A stretch of 64,000 bases of DNA from NCBI RefSeq assembly GCF_001194135.2, contig NC_069000.1, positions 7,682,013 through 7,746,012 on the forward strand. Reading direction: 5' to 3'. Shown one piece after another: positions 51,471 through 64,000 of this stretch. The notes under the pieces were generated by a model, which had not been told where the DNA came from, did not search any database, and saw only the letters and a list, made by a program, of their open reading frames with translations. Source of the DNA: Octopus bimaculoides (lineage: Eukaryota). The position numbers and the translations under genes are program-made. How positions within the stretch are numbered: the first letter of the stretch is position 1; every line of letters starts with the position of its first letter.

Positions 51471-53647
51471 TGAGGTAACTGGTGACGCACCAAAATGGTG
51501 GCACCTGAAGACAAGGGAATATACAGATGGAAACTGTGTAAGCAGGAACATATAGAAATGATGAGGTTATTACATCTACAAAACTGTTTTATCTTTCTGA
51601 AGATAGAGATGATAGAGCACCAGTCAAGAATTTGGGTCTATTTCTCCTTACTCGAAATGTGTGGCCTTGAGCCCCTATTAGAATCAACATTACAGGCCAT
51701 GTTGAGCGACCACATTGACACCCACCCACCCAACCAACAGCCTTTATCACTCCCCACCCTATTCTATCCAATAAAACTATTCTCTTCTCATAAAGTCTTG
51801 CAGCAGACAACAAAAAGGGGAAAAAATGTCCCAACATCAAAGAAAACATTATTTTTGACTCAAGCTTCAATCAAGATGTCTCAAAATAGAATGTGAACAC
51901 AAACAATAATAATAATAATAATGATGATGATGATGACGACGATGATGATGGAGGTGGTGGGGATAATAATAATGATGATATTGAGAAATGTTAATACAAC
52001 TATTTACTTTATTATTCAAACACACACCTAGAAAAACAACTGGGCTGTTTTCATAACGTTTTTCTGCAAAGCTTTATATATTTCCATCTGTTTTATGAAA
52101 GGTAATGGGGGAAGGGGGCACCTCGTGGTGACCTCAACCTAATATTTTACATGTAAAATAGGGAACAGTAAATACATGTCTGTCAATTCTTACATCATAT
52201 AGAGAGGAGAGGCGAGACAACATAACAGGGTTGACCCGACATGTGATGGGAGTGGATGGTGGTGGTCGTGGTCATCGTCATCAGGATGGGGTAGGTCAAG
52301 CAGAGGTAGTTGGTAGTATGGACATGTGATGCTAGTGGATGATGATGGTGGTGGCAGTGGTGGTTATTATGGAGACGAGGAAAGGGTAGCTGGAGTAGAA
52401 ACAGGGGATGGTGGTGTGACCATGTGATGGTAGGTGGTGGGTGGTGGTGGTGATATGGACATGTGATGGTGACTACAGTAGAGGTAAGTGGATCATGAAC
52501 AAGTAGGAGTGGAACCAGCCATCAGTCAAGCATACTGGAGTCAAACAAATTTCCAAACCTTAATAAAGACACAAATACCAAGTTATTGACTACTAACAGC
52601 CATGTTGTGACTAACCTGGTGACATAATATCACAGTGGCTTCTGTCTTTCATTATTAAAACAAAACATTGCAATATATTCTTTTAATAGAATTAACATGG
52701 AACATTATACACAGACACATGCTCACATATACAATCTGACACACAAATGCTATCTCACACAGAGCTGTACACACACACACACACACACACACGTGTGCCG
52801 GTACACACACAAGGACACGCACACAGTCAACCAGACACATAGAAGCATATGCAATCTCACACACAGCTACACACACACACATGTGTGCCGGTTCACACAC
52901 AATCAACCAGACACACAAGCATATACAATCCGATACAGACAGATACACACACAATCTGATACTAATACAGATACAAACACACACACACAAGCGTGTGCCA
53001 GTACACACACAGGCAAGAGCACACACACATACATGCTTACACACACACACACACAATGTAGTGGCCTGTTGATGGAACATTGTCAAAGAACACACAGTTC
53101 CTGTGTATTTGCTGCTGTGTTTCATTCATAAGATGGCTATCAAAGAAGACTTGTTGACTTTCTGTAGAGATCAACATCTTATACCCGCAGCCAGGAGGGT
53201 GGGGCGAAGTGGGGGGTGGAGGTGGGTTGCATTTGCCAGCGGGTAAACCTACTCAGTACGGGGGGGGGAATACACAGAAAAGCTGATTGTTAACGTATTA
53301 AGAATGGCTTTTGCCGCCATCTCTGGCGGACAGATCTGATTTCACCCTATTTAGATAGAAGCATAAACTGTGATGGTAGTGGTGCTGGTGGTGGTAGTGG
53401 AGGAGGATAGACATACATGCATGTACACTGGCACACACAATAAATTACATACAACACACCCATCCACCCACCAGTGCACTATACATACACACCCACTCAT
53501 ACGCATACAGAGAACACCACCATCACATCGTGTGTATATATATATACACACAGACACACACACATATTGTAACTGCGCTTCAGCATCAAAATGGTTCATA
53601 TCAACTAAACAAGTGAAGCACTATGTATACACACATACACACACACA

Positions 53648-53689
<42 letters not shown>

Positions 53690-53690
<1 letters not shown>

Positions 53691-54420
53691 CACTGGTGCA
53701 AAAAATAGTTGCAGTTTTTGTTATTTTTAAACTTTGCTGTTTATCTTGGAATAAGCTTTTATTTAATTATGTTCATGCCATACAATATTTTAAACACACA
53801 GATTTCCGTCTATTGATTGATGTTAAAGGTTTTACTTTCACTGTTTATTCTTGTTTATTTAAGGCTGTCAAATTAAAGATGGAAGAAAAGTAAATTCAAG
53901 AGAATTTATTGTACAAATTAAAAATTGAATGCAAAGGAGCAGAAATTCCATATATCAACCAAATATTTAGCCATGGGACTATCAACATATGTAAAGCTGG
54001 TTTCAAACATATTCTAGTGCAGATGACCGTCTTGAAGATGAAGAAGGTCACTGAAGAAGTCTATGATTGACAGTGACCAGTTGAGGGCCATTATTAAGAC
54101 AGTGTCACATAAAACAATGAGAGGAAGAACTAAACAATGACCATTTAACAGTTGTTCAACATTTGCATCACAATAGAAAGTCAAAAGAAACTCGACAGAT
54201 GGCTGCCACACACAAACACAAAAACTGTGCTCTGTGCTTCTTTTGTGCCACAAAAAAAATAATAATCTGTTTGTTGTGATGTGATAAAAATGGGTTCTGC
54301 ATAACGACTCAGTGTTCTGCAGTGTGAATGGATTGAGGTGAAGCGCCAAAACTGAAACTGCATCAAAAGAATGTTATGGTCTCTGTATGGTGGTTGGCAA
54401 GTATAATCATATGGATACAA
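53690..54420 (+). mobile_element. Decayed mariner transposon (Hsmar1-like), 5' TIR plus N-terminal two-thirds of the transposase
   Basis: TIR-like ctggtgcaaaaaatagttgcagtttttg; fragments LEDEE, DSDQLRAIIK, DHLTVVQHL, KWVLHND and KLHQKNVMVSVWW align to known mariner motifs; stops and frameshifts throughout. Confidence 0.85.
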
Positions 54421-55173
54421 TGAATTGGCAATAAATTTTGCAGACATAGACTTTAAAATTTTTATTACCATGGAATTTTTATTTCATTTCATATTACACC
54501 CAATTTTACATTACTCTGTCAAATGTAATGCTTGTTTATTCACATTGTCTTGGATTGATCATGCACTCTCTCACTGCTTAGAGATTTCAATGACATGATT
54601 ATATATTTATTTTTAGAATGACATTATAGGGTGTGTATGAGAGGCCAGATCTGGCTGCTTTAAAGATAAAACGGGTAGAATATTTTGGCAGGATATGGTT
54701 AGCTTAAATGTTAAACAGTAAATCTCAAGAATGAAGAATAATGAAATTATGAATTTAACTGAATTTATTTCTGTTGGTAATTTATTAAGTTACTTCAGTT
54801 GTATAATCTTTTAGTTTTAACTTTGTACTGAAAATTTTCAACTGGTAAACAAAGAAGTCCCTATTTTCTTTTAGTTTATTTCTCCAATATTGTTTGATTA
54901 AAACAACCTTTTACTTAATTTTGTATAGTTCGTCTTACACTTAATTGTTTGTAACTTTTTCATAAATAATATGAGAAAATCCTCAACAACATAGCAGCAG
55001 CTTTTAAAATGAATCTTTAACAGCTTAGGGCTGTAAAGAGTTGCCTGAATATTCCACATAGTTCTTGTCAGTTGTGGGTTTTCAATCAATATAAGAAATA
55101 GCTGATTAGTGTAATTACAACTTGAGGAGTTGAAATTGAGGTTAGACTCATAGTCGAAGATTTTCTGTCTCAC

Positions 55174-55251
55174 CACCACAGTCCAGCTGATGACTGCACC
55201 ATGATCCAACTTAATTTCATTAAGTCCACAGCTTCTTTCAATAATTTCCAT
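55174..55251 (-). CDS. Putative first coding segment MEIIERSCGLNEIKLDHGAVISWTVV inside a 117-nt exon (55290-55174)
   Basis: Seen: acceptor tatgtgtctcttttcAG| at 55291/55290, donor GTG|GTGAGA at 55174/55173, ATG at 55251 with in-frame upstream stops; ends phase 0, matching the 27909 exon. An alternative frame (YLHKSVCSIFNFLWKLLKEAVDLMKLSWIMVQSSAGLW) is open across the whole exon. Confidence 0.45.
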
Positions 55252-55783
55252 AAAAAATTAAATATAGAGCACACTGATTTATGTAAATATCTGAAAAGAG
55301 ACACATACTGGATGGGATAATGTAATGAAAAACAGATAAGAAGCCATTGTGTAAAATAGGATTCTGTTGGATTAAAATAAGCTGCTGAACTTCTTTTTTT
55401 TTCATGTTTTCCAAAACATAGGGAAAGAATGCTGACAAAAGGGGGCATCAGTGAAAGAAAGCGTCAGTGAAAGGAGAAGGGACACCAAAGCATGGAAAGG
55501 TTGAGAATCCTATGTTGGGTGGCTTCTTTCTCTACCTAAAATCCCCAATCTTTTGAGACCATTGTGTGAACAGTGACATAACTAACTGTACTGGAGATTA
55601 CAGGTACAGATAAATATTATATAAACACATAGCATACAAATATGTACACACACAGAAATATGTACATACATATATACACACACATATTCACAATGTAAAA
55701 TATGTATGCAGGTATGACAAAAGCATGGCTGTGTGGTTTAGAAGTTTGCTTCTCAGCTACATGGCTTCAGGGTCATCAGTCTC

Positions 55784-55896
<113 letters not shown>

Positions 55897-57109
55897 CTAC
55901 ATATATGTACATCTTCACCACATCTTGTTTCCAAATAGAAGGCCTACCTTTTAACCTATGACACTAACACACCTGAGACCATACCTAATGTTTTGATATA
56001 AATTGTTTTGTTTTAAAATGTTCACATTGAAATTAACAACTGCTGTCGTAATTTTATGCAAGAACATTCTGTTATGTTCCAAACATCAGACGAAGAACAC
56101 CCTTGAAAATTTTATTAGAAATATTATCAGGAAAGAATTAAGACTGTAGGGCCTTCAAGGAGTCTTAAAAAGGCCCCTAAAAATTGAGGTTCCTTTCAGA
56201 GCCACTATGAGCAAAGCTTCTAAAGCGTCACATAACACTAACTACTAACATTCCACAGTCCAAAACAACAAAATTGGTTGTAAACTGATGAGTCACAAGG
56301 AACTAGACATCCTAGAAAGATATTCAACACCCCTAAGGAGTTGGATACCCTGATAATTTTTACAGATAGTGATTCAAGAGTGGGTATTATATATGAATAT
56401 ATATATATATACACACACATGAAACAGGGTCTACTAAAACAAGTTAAAGGTGAGATAACTCTGTCATGTATTGTGTATAAATAGACTAGAGTGGTAACAA
56501 ACTAACTATACACGTTACACCACCACATGATACTACACACACACCATACTATAAATGCACAGCATATTATAGTGGTGTGTGTGCATGTGTATGTTAGAGT
56601 CTAAGAAGGCAGTAGTGTGTATCAGTTGAGTAAAATACTACTTACCTAACATTGCCACACCCCTGCCCCAACTTTTGTTGTTATAACAGTCAGGATAGGA
56701 AGTGGGGGGAGGAGACGTGACAGTGAGGTGAAAAAGGAGGGAGGCTCGACTGCTTTTTTAGAAGATGGACATGTGATGAACTATTGGATTACATATATAT
56801 AGTTGGTTACAGGATTATACTTTAACCCTCTCATCTTGGAGCACAAAGCTGTCGCTGCCTTTAGTTTGGTAGTCTTGTGAGTTGCATGGTGATCTCACTA
56901 GTGCTAGTGGCACAAGAAAGGAGAACCGTGCACAGGCTGTAAAGTGGTTGCTGTTAAGAAAGGCATCCAGCCATAGAAACTAAGCCAAAATATGCACTGG
57001 AGCATGATGTGGTTCTTGGACTTATCAGATCCTGTCAAACCATCCAACCCATGCCAGCGTAGAAAATGGACATTTACTGATGATGTGCATGTATATATAC
57101 ACACACACG

Positions 57110-57360
57110 ACAATTCTGTAGTTAGTCATCGGACGACTTGCTATAAAGACTGGACAACTTGCTATAATAGATCGCTGACCACTACATTTATATTTTTTTT
57201 TCTCCTTGTTTCTCTCCTTATTTCTTTCTGTGTTCCTTTCAGTTGAAGAGCGTAGCTCGAAACGTCAAAGACTTTCTCTATTCCCAAGCGTTAAACTAAT
57301 ACATCCATTTGTTGTTTACACCACCTGTCTTCGTCTGTTGTTTTTTTCGTAAATTCTCCC
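57110..57360 (+). mobile_element. Short interspersed repeat with a hammerhead-like motif (Penelope-associated by inference)
   Basis: Seen: cttt-CAGTTGA-a-GAGC-gta-GCTC-GAAAC-GTC-aaag at 57236-57270; homologous to 60638-60790 in the opposite orientation. Confidence 0.7.
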
Positions 57361-58231
57361 ATATATATATATATANNNNNNNNNNNNNNNNNNNNNNNNN
57401 NNNNNNNNNNNNNNNNNNNNNNNNNNNNNNNNNNNNNNNNNNNNNNNNNNNNNNNNNNNNNNNNNNNNNNNNNNNNNNNNNNNNNNNNNNNNNNNNNNNN
57501 NNNNNNNNNNNNNNNNNNNNNNNNNNNNNNNNNNNNNNNNNNNNNNNNNNNNNNNNNNNNNNNNNNNNNNNNNNNNNNNNNNNNNNNNNNNNNNNNNNNN
57601 NNNNNNNNNNNNNNNNNNNNNNNNNNNNNNNNNNNNNNNNNNNNNNNNNNNNNNNNNNNNNNNNNNNNNNNNNNNNNNNNNNNNNNNNNNNNNNNNNNNN
57701 NNNNNNNNNNNNNNNNNNNNNNNNNNNNNNNNNNNNNNNNNNNNNNNNNNNNNNNNNNNNNNNNNNNNNNNNNNNNNNNNNNNNNNNNNNNNNNNNNNNN
57801 NNNNNNNNNNNNNNNNNNNNNNNNNNNNNNNNNNNNNNNNNNNNNNNNNNNNNNNNNNNNNNNNNNNNNNNNNNNGTGTGTGTGTGTGTGTGTGAGAGAG
57901 AAAGTGATGATGATTGACGGTGTGTGTGTGTGTGTGTGTGTTAGAAAGTGATGATGATTGACGGTGTGTGTGTGAGTGTGTGTGTGTGTAAAGAGGGGCA
58001 TCACAAGACTGTTGAAGAAAATCAAGGAAATAGGGGTGGGGTGGAAATGTGAAGAATAGCGAAAGAAGAGGAGATTGAGAGAGAGAGAGAGAGAAGTGAC
58101 AGAGGGAAAGTGGGACTGAGATGACTGGAGGGAGACAGAGAGTGGTGGAGATTGTAAGGAAAAGAGAGAATAAAAAAAGAGAGAGGTTGAGTAATTATGA
58201 ATGTAAAAGCGGTGAGCCATTGTTTATAGGG

Positions 58232-58292
<61 letters not shown>

Positions 58293-58775
58293 GAGTGGAC
58301 TGGACAAACGAAAGAACATTTGACAGGAATTACATATATTATTTACATACACTCATACCTGTTTTATCCATTACTACTACGACGACGGCGATATTGTCCA
58401 CCGCCCAATATGTCTGTGGGACAATTAAAACTTCACAAACAACTACCATAACTTGTAGTCGCGCGGCCTGTAAGAAATCGTACCCCGATCTCCCTCAAAT
58501 TACACCTTGCTGTTTCGGGGTGGGTGGGGGGATAGCTAAATCTATATTAATATAATTCTGGGCTAGGATGGTCACAATGAGTAATATCTGAGTTCACGGG
58601 GCTTCTCGCTCATGATTGACCTGGGGCTAAACTACAACAACGTGAATAAATTGAATGTGAATAAACATGAATACACATACGTGTGTGTGTGTGTACATAC
58701 ACGTATATATACATACATATACGTATGTGTGTTTTCTTATATATATATACAGTAAATAGGTATGAATGTATATAT

Positions 58776-58808
<33 letters not shown>

Positions 58809-58901
58809 CATGTATATGTGTTTTCTTATATATATAGTAAATAGTAATATATATACACACACACACATATACGTATGTGTTTTCTTATATATACAGTAAA
58901 T

Positions 58902-58956
<55 letters not shown>

Positions 58957-59310
58957 CTGTATATATATATATTTATAGTATATATAAGACACACATACGT
59001 GTATGTATAACGGTCAACGATTGTGTACGTGAACGTCTACATTACAACGTATATATTTCATTAATGCTACAAAGACCTAGATCACACAAACACACACACA
59101 TATATATACCTATATGTAAATTTGTATATATGCCAACAAAAAGTTTTGCGTATATAAAATAGAAGAGCAAAAATCAACAGTGTGTTTAATAAAGGGTTAA
59201 AGAGAGAGAGACAAAAACAAAGAGAGAGAGAAGCAATGAAAGAAGGAGAGAGGGGAACCAAGTGGTTTGAGAGATGAAGGTAACAAAGAAAGGGCTGGCT
59301 GCCCACTCAC

Positions 59311-59750
59311 CATGCCTCTTATGTTAAACTGTAGACATAATCGTAGATGGAGACATGCCATGGAGCTGTCCAGTGGGGCCTTCCTCTCTTAACAGATCAT
59401 TAGTGATAAGGCTGGACAATGGAGTGACCCAAGTATTGGTCAAGTTAACCAGACGCACAAGTTAAGCACCATTAGTAGACGGTAGCAAAGGTAGGTATGT
59501 TTGTGTATATATCACGTACCCGACTGAGAGCGACAGCGGGGTATCTACTACCACCAGCACAACAACTACTACTACTACTACTACTGCCACTAGTGTTGTT
59601 GTTGTTGTTGCTGTAGCTGCGGCAGTGAAGGTAAAGCCTGGAGTTGGCAAATGAGGCGATCGAATGGCAACAGACACAAACACAAACTGTTACTGGATCG
59701 AAGTCATTCATGGGATAAACCAATTGAAACAGTTAACGAAGTTTGTATGT
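59311..59750 (-). other. Candidate 5'UTR/first exon of the minus-strand gene (5' boundary unknown)
   Basis: Seen: strong donor ATG|GTGAGT at 59311/59310 at the edge of a CpG-containing unique block. Linkage to the 55290 exon is inference. Confidence 0.3.
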
Positions 59751-60605
59751 GCGTGTTGATACGCACGCGCACACATACATACATAAGTACACACAGTGTG
59801 TGTGTATTTGTGTGTAGATGCTTGTAAGTGTATATGTGTGCATGCGTGTAAAGCTAGTCTACCTTTTCTTCCTTGTTACCGACATGACCCCATCACCACC
59901 ACCTCGTCCCAGAGCACAACAACAACAAAAAGGGGGCTCTGTGGGGAGGGGGTGAGTGACAACAGTAGAAGGGAAGGAGAAGCAGTTACATGATATAAGG
60001 CCACCCCGCCACCACCACAATAAGTAGCTTTCACGGAACACAAAGGATCTAACTGCCTCTGGGGGCAACTAAATGATCTAACTGATTATATCCATTTTAT
60101 ATACATACATACATTATATGTGTGTGTGTGATCTCATTTTGGTGGAGTCAGTCTCTTGTTACTATGAGTTTCATTGGTGGGTGCACAGGGTCTTCAGCCA
60201 AGTTATGATTCACAGGAGTCGTAACTTACCTGGAAACTTTAAGCACTTGCAACAAAAGTCAGAGCAGCAAGAGATTAAATCAAGTGAAAATAAAACATAT
60301 CATTAACCTCTAATATGGTATTGAGTACTCTTTCTTCCAACAATCAACACTAAACAGACACGATTGAACATATAAGTGGGTAGTGGTTTAACTTATTTTG
60401 CTGGGATCAAATCTAACTGGAGTAGATTTTTAGTTTTGACAAATCCAGGGCCTGATAATAGAGGGTGTCAGCTGTGGTATTTACTGAAAGTGAAGAAGAC
60501 CTGTTCATATTTTAAAAATACCGAATTATCACTTCCACCAAAATACTAATTTTAAATATGCATGTGCATTTATGTATATATATGTGTGTGTGTGTGTGTG
60601 TGTGG

Positions 60606-60636
<31 letters not shown>

Positions 60637-60637
60637 G

Positions 60638-60790
60638 GGTGGGGGAGAACTCACAAAAAATAAACAAAAGACGAAGACAGGTGGTGTAGACAACATTAGT
60701 TTAACGCTCGGGAAGTGAAGAAGTCTTTAATGTTTCGAGCCTACGCTCTTCCACAGAAAGGAACACAGAAAGAAACGAGGAGTAATTCTG
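60638..60790 (-). mobile_element. Second copy of the hammerhead-like repeat, inverted
   Basis: Minus strand cttt-CTGTGGA-a-GAGC-gtag-GCTC-GAAAC-ATT-aaag at 60760-60725; shares ...gcgttaaactaat...acaccacctgtcttcgtc with 57290-57335. Confidence 0.7.
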
Positions 60791-61794
60791 CAACAGACCA
60801 ATGGCCTATCCAGGTGGAGAATTTATATGCCATGGAAACCAGGAAAAGAGCTTTTATGAGTTGGCAGGACTCAAAAAGATTACTTTTCTTGTTTGTTGTC
60901 AGATGGAGTAAGAAACCATTAGGGCCAAAACCCCAATCCCATCGACATCAAAAACAGACTATCACAAAGCTGGTTAAACACTAGGAGTAAGACAACCAGA
61001 CTAATTACCTACAATCAATGAATACTCTGAAGTAATTAGTGGTCTGACAATGTAATAATTATTTTCACCAAGAACAGAAAACAACACACCATTATGTTGA
61101 CTTCCTGCAATATATATAACTGGTACATTTTTTTTTTATTGATCCAGGAAGTGAGAATGATAAGTTTGACTTCAATTGGTTGGAACTCAAAACAAAGGGA
61201 AATAACTAAATTGGTAACTTGTTCCTCCCTCTGCAAATCATGACAATGATGATGGCAGGAAGAGACTGAATGGGGAAGGTGAAGATTCTCCAAATGAAGA
61301 AACAGCTGGTTTCTAACTATAGTCAACTAGAAATAGCAGCCAGTCTCCCTACCATCATAAAACAAAAAGGAAAGATATATTGGATGAGGTAGTCACAATA
61401 TACAAATAGATGAGAAGGACATAGCTAGAACTCCTTCCATCAGAAGGGGATTTGCCTGCTATTTCTAACAGCATGAGCATCCCTATAGAAGTTTATTCAC
61501 TTTTTCTACATTATTACAATGTTGGTGGAAGTGGTTTTGGTGGTGGAGTTAAGTGAAGCAAGTAGTTAGAAGTCCATATTCAACAGGAATGGCTACTAGA
61601 TTCTGTTCTACTTTACCAATCATTAATGACTAATTACTATAGTCTAGCTGTATATCTAGTAATTACTTCACTATTTTCTTATTGTCATGACAACTATATT
61701 TGTCTACAGTCAACCACTTACAGCCAATAACTACTCATTTCTGCCATGTTATGGTGGTCATGTGGAAGTGAGTGTAGGAGAAAAGATGGCTATT

Positions 61795-61960
61795 CATATA
61801 TTCTTTTGTTTCAGTCATCTGACTGCAGCCATGCTGGAGCACCGCCTTTAGTCGAACAAATTGAAGCCAGGACTTATTCTTTGAAAGCCTAGTAATTATT
61901 CTCTCCGTCTCTTTTTGGTAAACCATTAAGTTACGGGGACATAAACACACCAACTGACTG
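61795..61960 (-). mobile_element. Family A SINE tail fragment
   Basis: Seen: ttgtttcagtcatctgactgcagccatgctggagcaccgcctttagtcgaacaaat...gttacggggacataaacacacc. Confidence 0.85.
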
Positions 61961-63293
61961 TGAAAACCCCACCCCTGCCTTTGTTAAGGTGGAGGTAATA
62001 ATAACGAAGATGATGATGATGATGATGGGTGCACTATTTCCTCCAGAAGATTGATTTAGAGCAGTCATAGGTAAAATGCAGCTCACAGGACACACACAGG
62101 ACTTTCTCAGTGGCATGACTAATGAAAAATTACTTAAATATTTTTAGTAGAATTTCTCACCTGATGATAAGCCATTGTCTTATGCAGCCTACTTCTTATA
62201 GGTTGCCCCTCCCTGGTTTAGAACTCAAAGAACCAAAGAAAGCTGCCATGGCTAAAGAGCAGCTAAGATCGGTTCAAGATGGTTGTGGTTGCCAAGGGAC
62301 TACAAATGGAACTCCTCTGCAGATGAAGGCTGATTCAGTCCTTGCTGTTCCACTCAGGTCAAGCATACAAGCTAAGATTTGAAATGCATTTGGCCCTGAG
62401 ACACCTGTTGAAAACACAAAAGGGCTTCCAATATTTTGATAGCTTCACCTTCAGAAGAGCTTGCAATAGCTCTGAGTGGCTCCTGCATTTTCTTTGTGAG
62501 GCAACACGTTTGTGATGTTCCGTTCATTGATACTACTTCTAGCACTGTACCTCTCTTATGTCATGCTACAATCCATGTGACAACCCTGGCTGACACCACA
62601 ATCTTGACTCTATATCATCAATTGCCAGAAAAACTGGTAATATACATGTATTAGTCCATGTTTCATTATACATTAAATTGCATTCTAGGTCATATGTGTA
62701 ACTATAAAAAAGGAGCCATGTTATGCTGTTACACAATAACCAGCATGTCACAAGTGTCGCAATCTTTTATTTTATCAACCATGGAAGAACAACAGGCGAA
62801 GTGGGAGTCAGCAGGATTTGAACTTGGAATATAAAGGGTTGTAACTAAATAGTGCCAGCTATTTGGTCTATATTAATTCTGCAACCCATTTCCCTACAAC
62901 CATTAACAAAAGAGTACATTAGAATGTTTATTATATTACTGGTTTGTTTTCAGTCAATTGCGTTGAGTTAATTACGAAGTTGAGCAGTTAATTACTGCAT
63001 TAATGAGTCAATCAGTTAGTTATCAATTAACGGATCAACAATTAATTGTTAACAAGTAGACGCATTGGGTGAGCAATATGTTGGTAATATTATTAAAATG
63101 GATTTGGTGACACAATAAACTGTGTCCACAATCCACCTCCGTTACTACCATATTCATAGACATCATCACCACTACCACCCGATTATTGACGCGATCACCA
63201 CTACCGTCGCCAATGCCCTCACTAACATCATCGCTGTCATCACTAACGGTCATCACGGTCCAAATTAGTTCTTACTCGGAGCAACTGCCGGCA

Positions 63294-63511
63294 CTACTTC
63301 AATACAGAAGTCCCGATGCATCTACGTAACGATATGTGTTTACAGTGCACGCTCGTTAGGGTTAATTTTAGGGTTGCGTAGATGCGTTGGGAACTCTGTA
63401 TTTAAGTAGGCGAAAGTATAGAATACGTACACCCAGTGTTTAGGGTTTGGGTTAGGGTTTTTTGTTACGTTGAAAACGGGTGGTGTACGTATTCTTTACC
63501 TCCGCCTTTAA
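63294..63511. repeat. Two overlapping foldbacks, each with a TTAGGG-containing loop
   Basis: Arms 63294-63330 and 63373-63409 (37 nt, about 6 mismatches); arms 63420-63433 and 63482-63495 (14 nt perfect, extendable to about 31 nt). Confidence 0.85.
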
Positions 63512-64000
63512 GTCGTACCCAACTGCCATCCAGGGTCACTAACATTCCACTTGTAAATTATTTATTGTGTAAGTTTACCATGATGTCATTTAATACCTAT
63601 TGGCAATGTATGAAAGTCACAGCTACCAACGTTCCTTTCTTTATATTTCCCAGGATTCAAGTTTATTTAAGACGTTGACATTTATATAACAGAAATTATC
63701 ATCACAATAAATCATTATTACTATAATTATTAAGGCGATATGGTACAAATGGTAACAAACAAGATTGCATAGCATTAATTCATGTAATTTACTCTTCTTG
63801 GGTTACCTTAAATATCTTTTGAGCTGATATATACTAGTAATAGAGTTTTGAATCAACCAACGAAATCTACTTAATGAAAAAATTATCATCCAAGAAAAAG
63901 AGAGCTGTGATCTAGTGTCCATAATTAGTTAAAGCCAATTTATTCTAACACAACTAAAGCTCCAGAGAAAGCCATGAATGCCTCACACTCATAATTTCTC

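Noticed and set aside
51500-51540. cacCTGAAGA..GAAAC string
   Set aside because: No stem II; gatggaaactg is also a family A SINE motif.
56284-56325. CTGATGA-GTC..GAC string
   Set aside because: GAAA does not directly follow the stem.

Overview
AT-rich, microsatellite-saturated eukaryotic scaffold with 11 N-gaps. The mix of SINEs, RTE and CR1 LINEs and (TA)/(CA)/(GGT)/(CAT) tracts resembles an octopod cephalopod genome; this is inferred from recalled repeat consensuses, not from a database search. Nearly all supplied ORFs are microsatellite or low-complexity artefacts. Most of the window is intron-like DNA carrying decayed LINEs, several tRNA-derived SINE families, Tigger, mariner and hAT relics, a Helentron-type non-autonomous element and several minisatellites. 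I find a plausible minus-strand multi-exon gene: exons at about 55290-55174, 27909-27827, 19276-19183 and 2096-1977, with a possible non-coding first exon ending at 59311. These exons join in frame into about 125 aa that I cannot assign to a family. The most unusual signals are: (1) hammerhead-ribozyme-like cores in two repeat families, one of them downstream of a tRNA-type SINE head; (2) five ~28-nt motifs separated by unrelated spacers right behind the last donor; (3) an exon open in all three frames with four tandem AG acceptors; (4) a ~105-nt near-perfect hairpin; (5) a perfect IR1+DR1 nuclear-receptor element; (6) paired foldbacks with telomeric loops. No CRISPR array, rRNA or intact tRNA is supported. 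Repeat boundaries are approximate (about +/-20-30 bp) unless TIR or splice coordinates are given.
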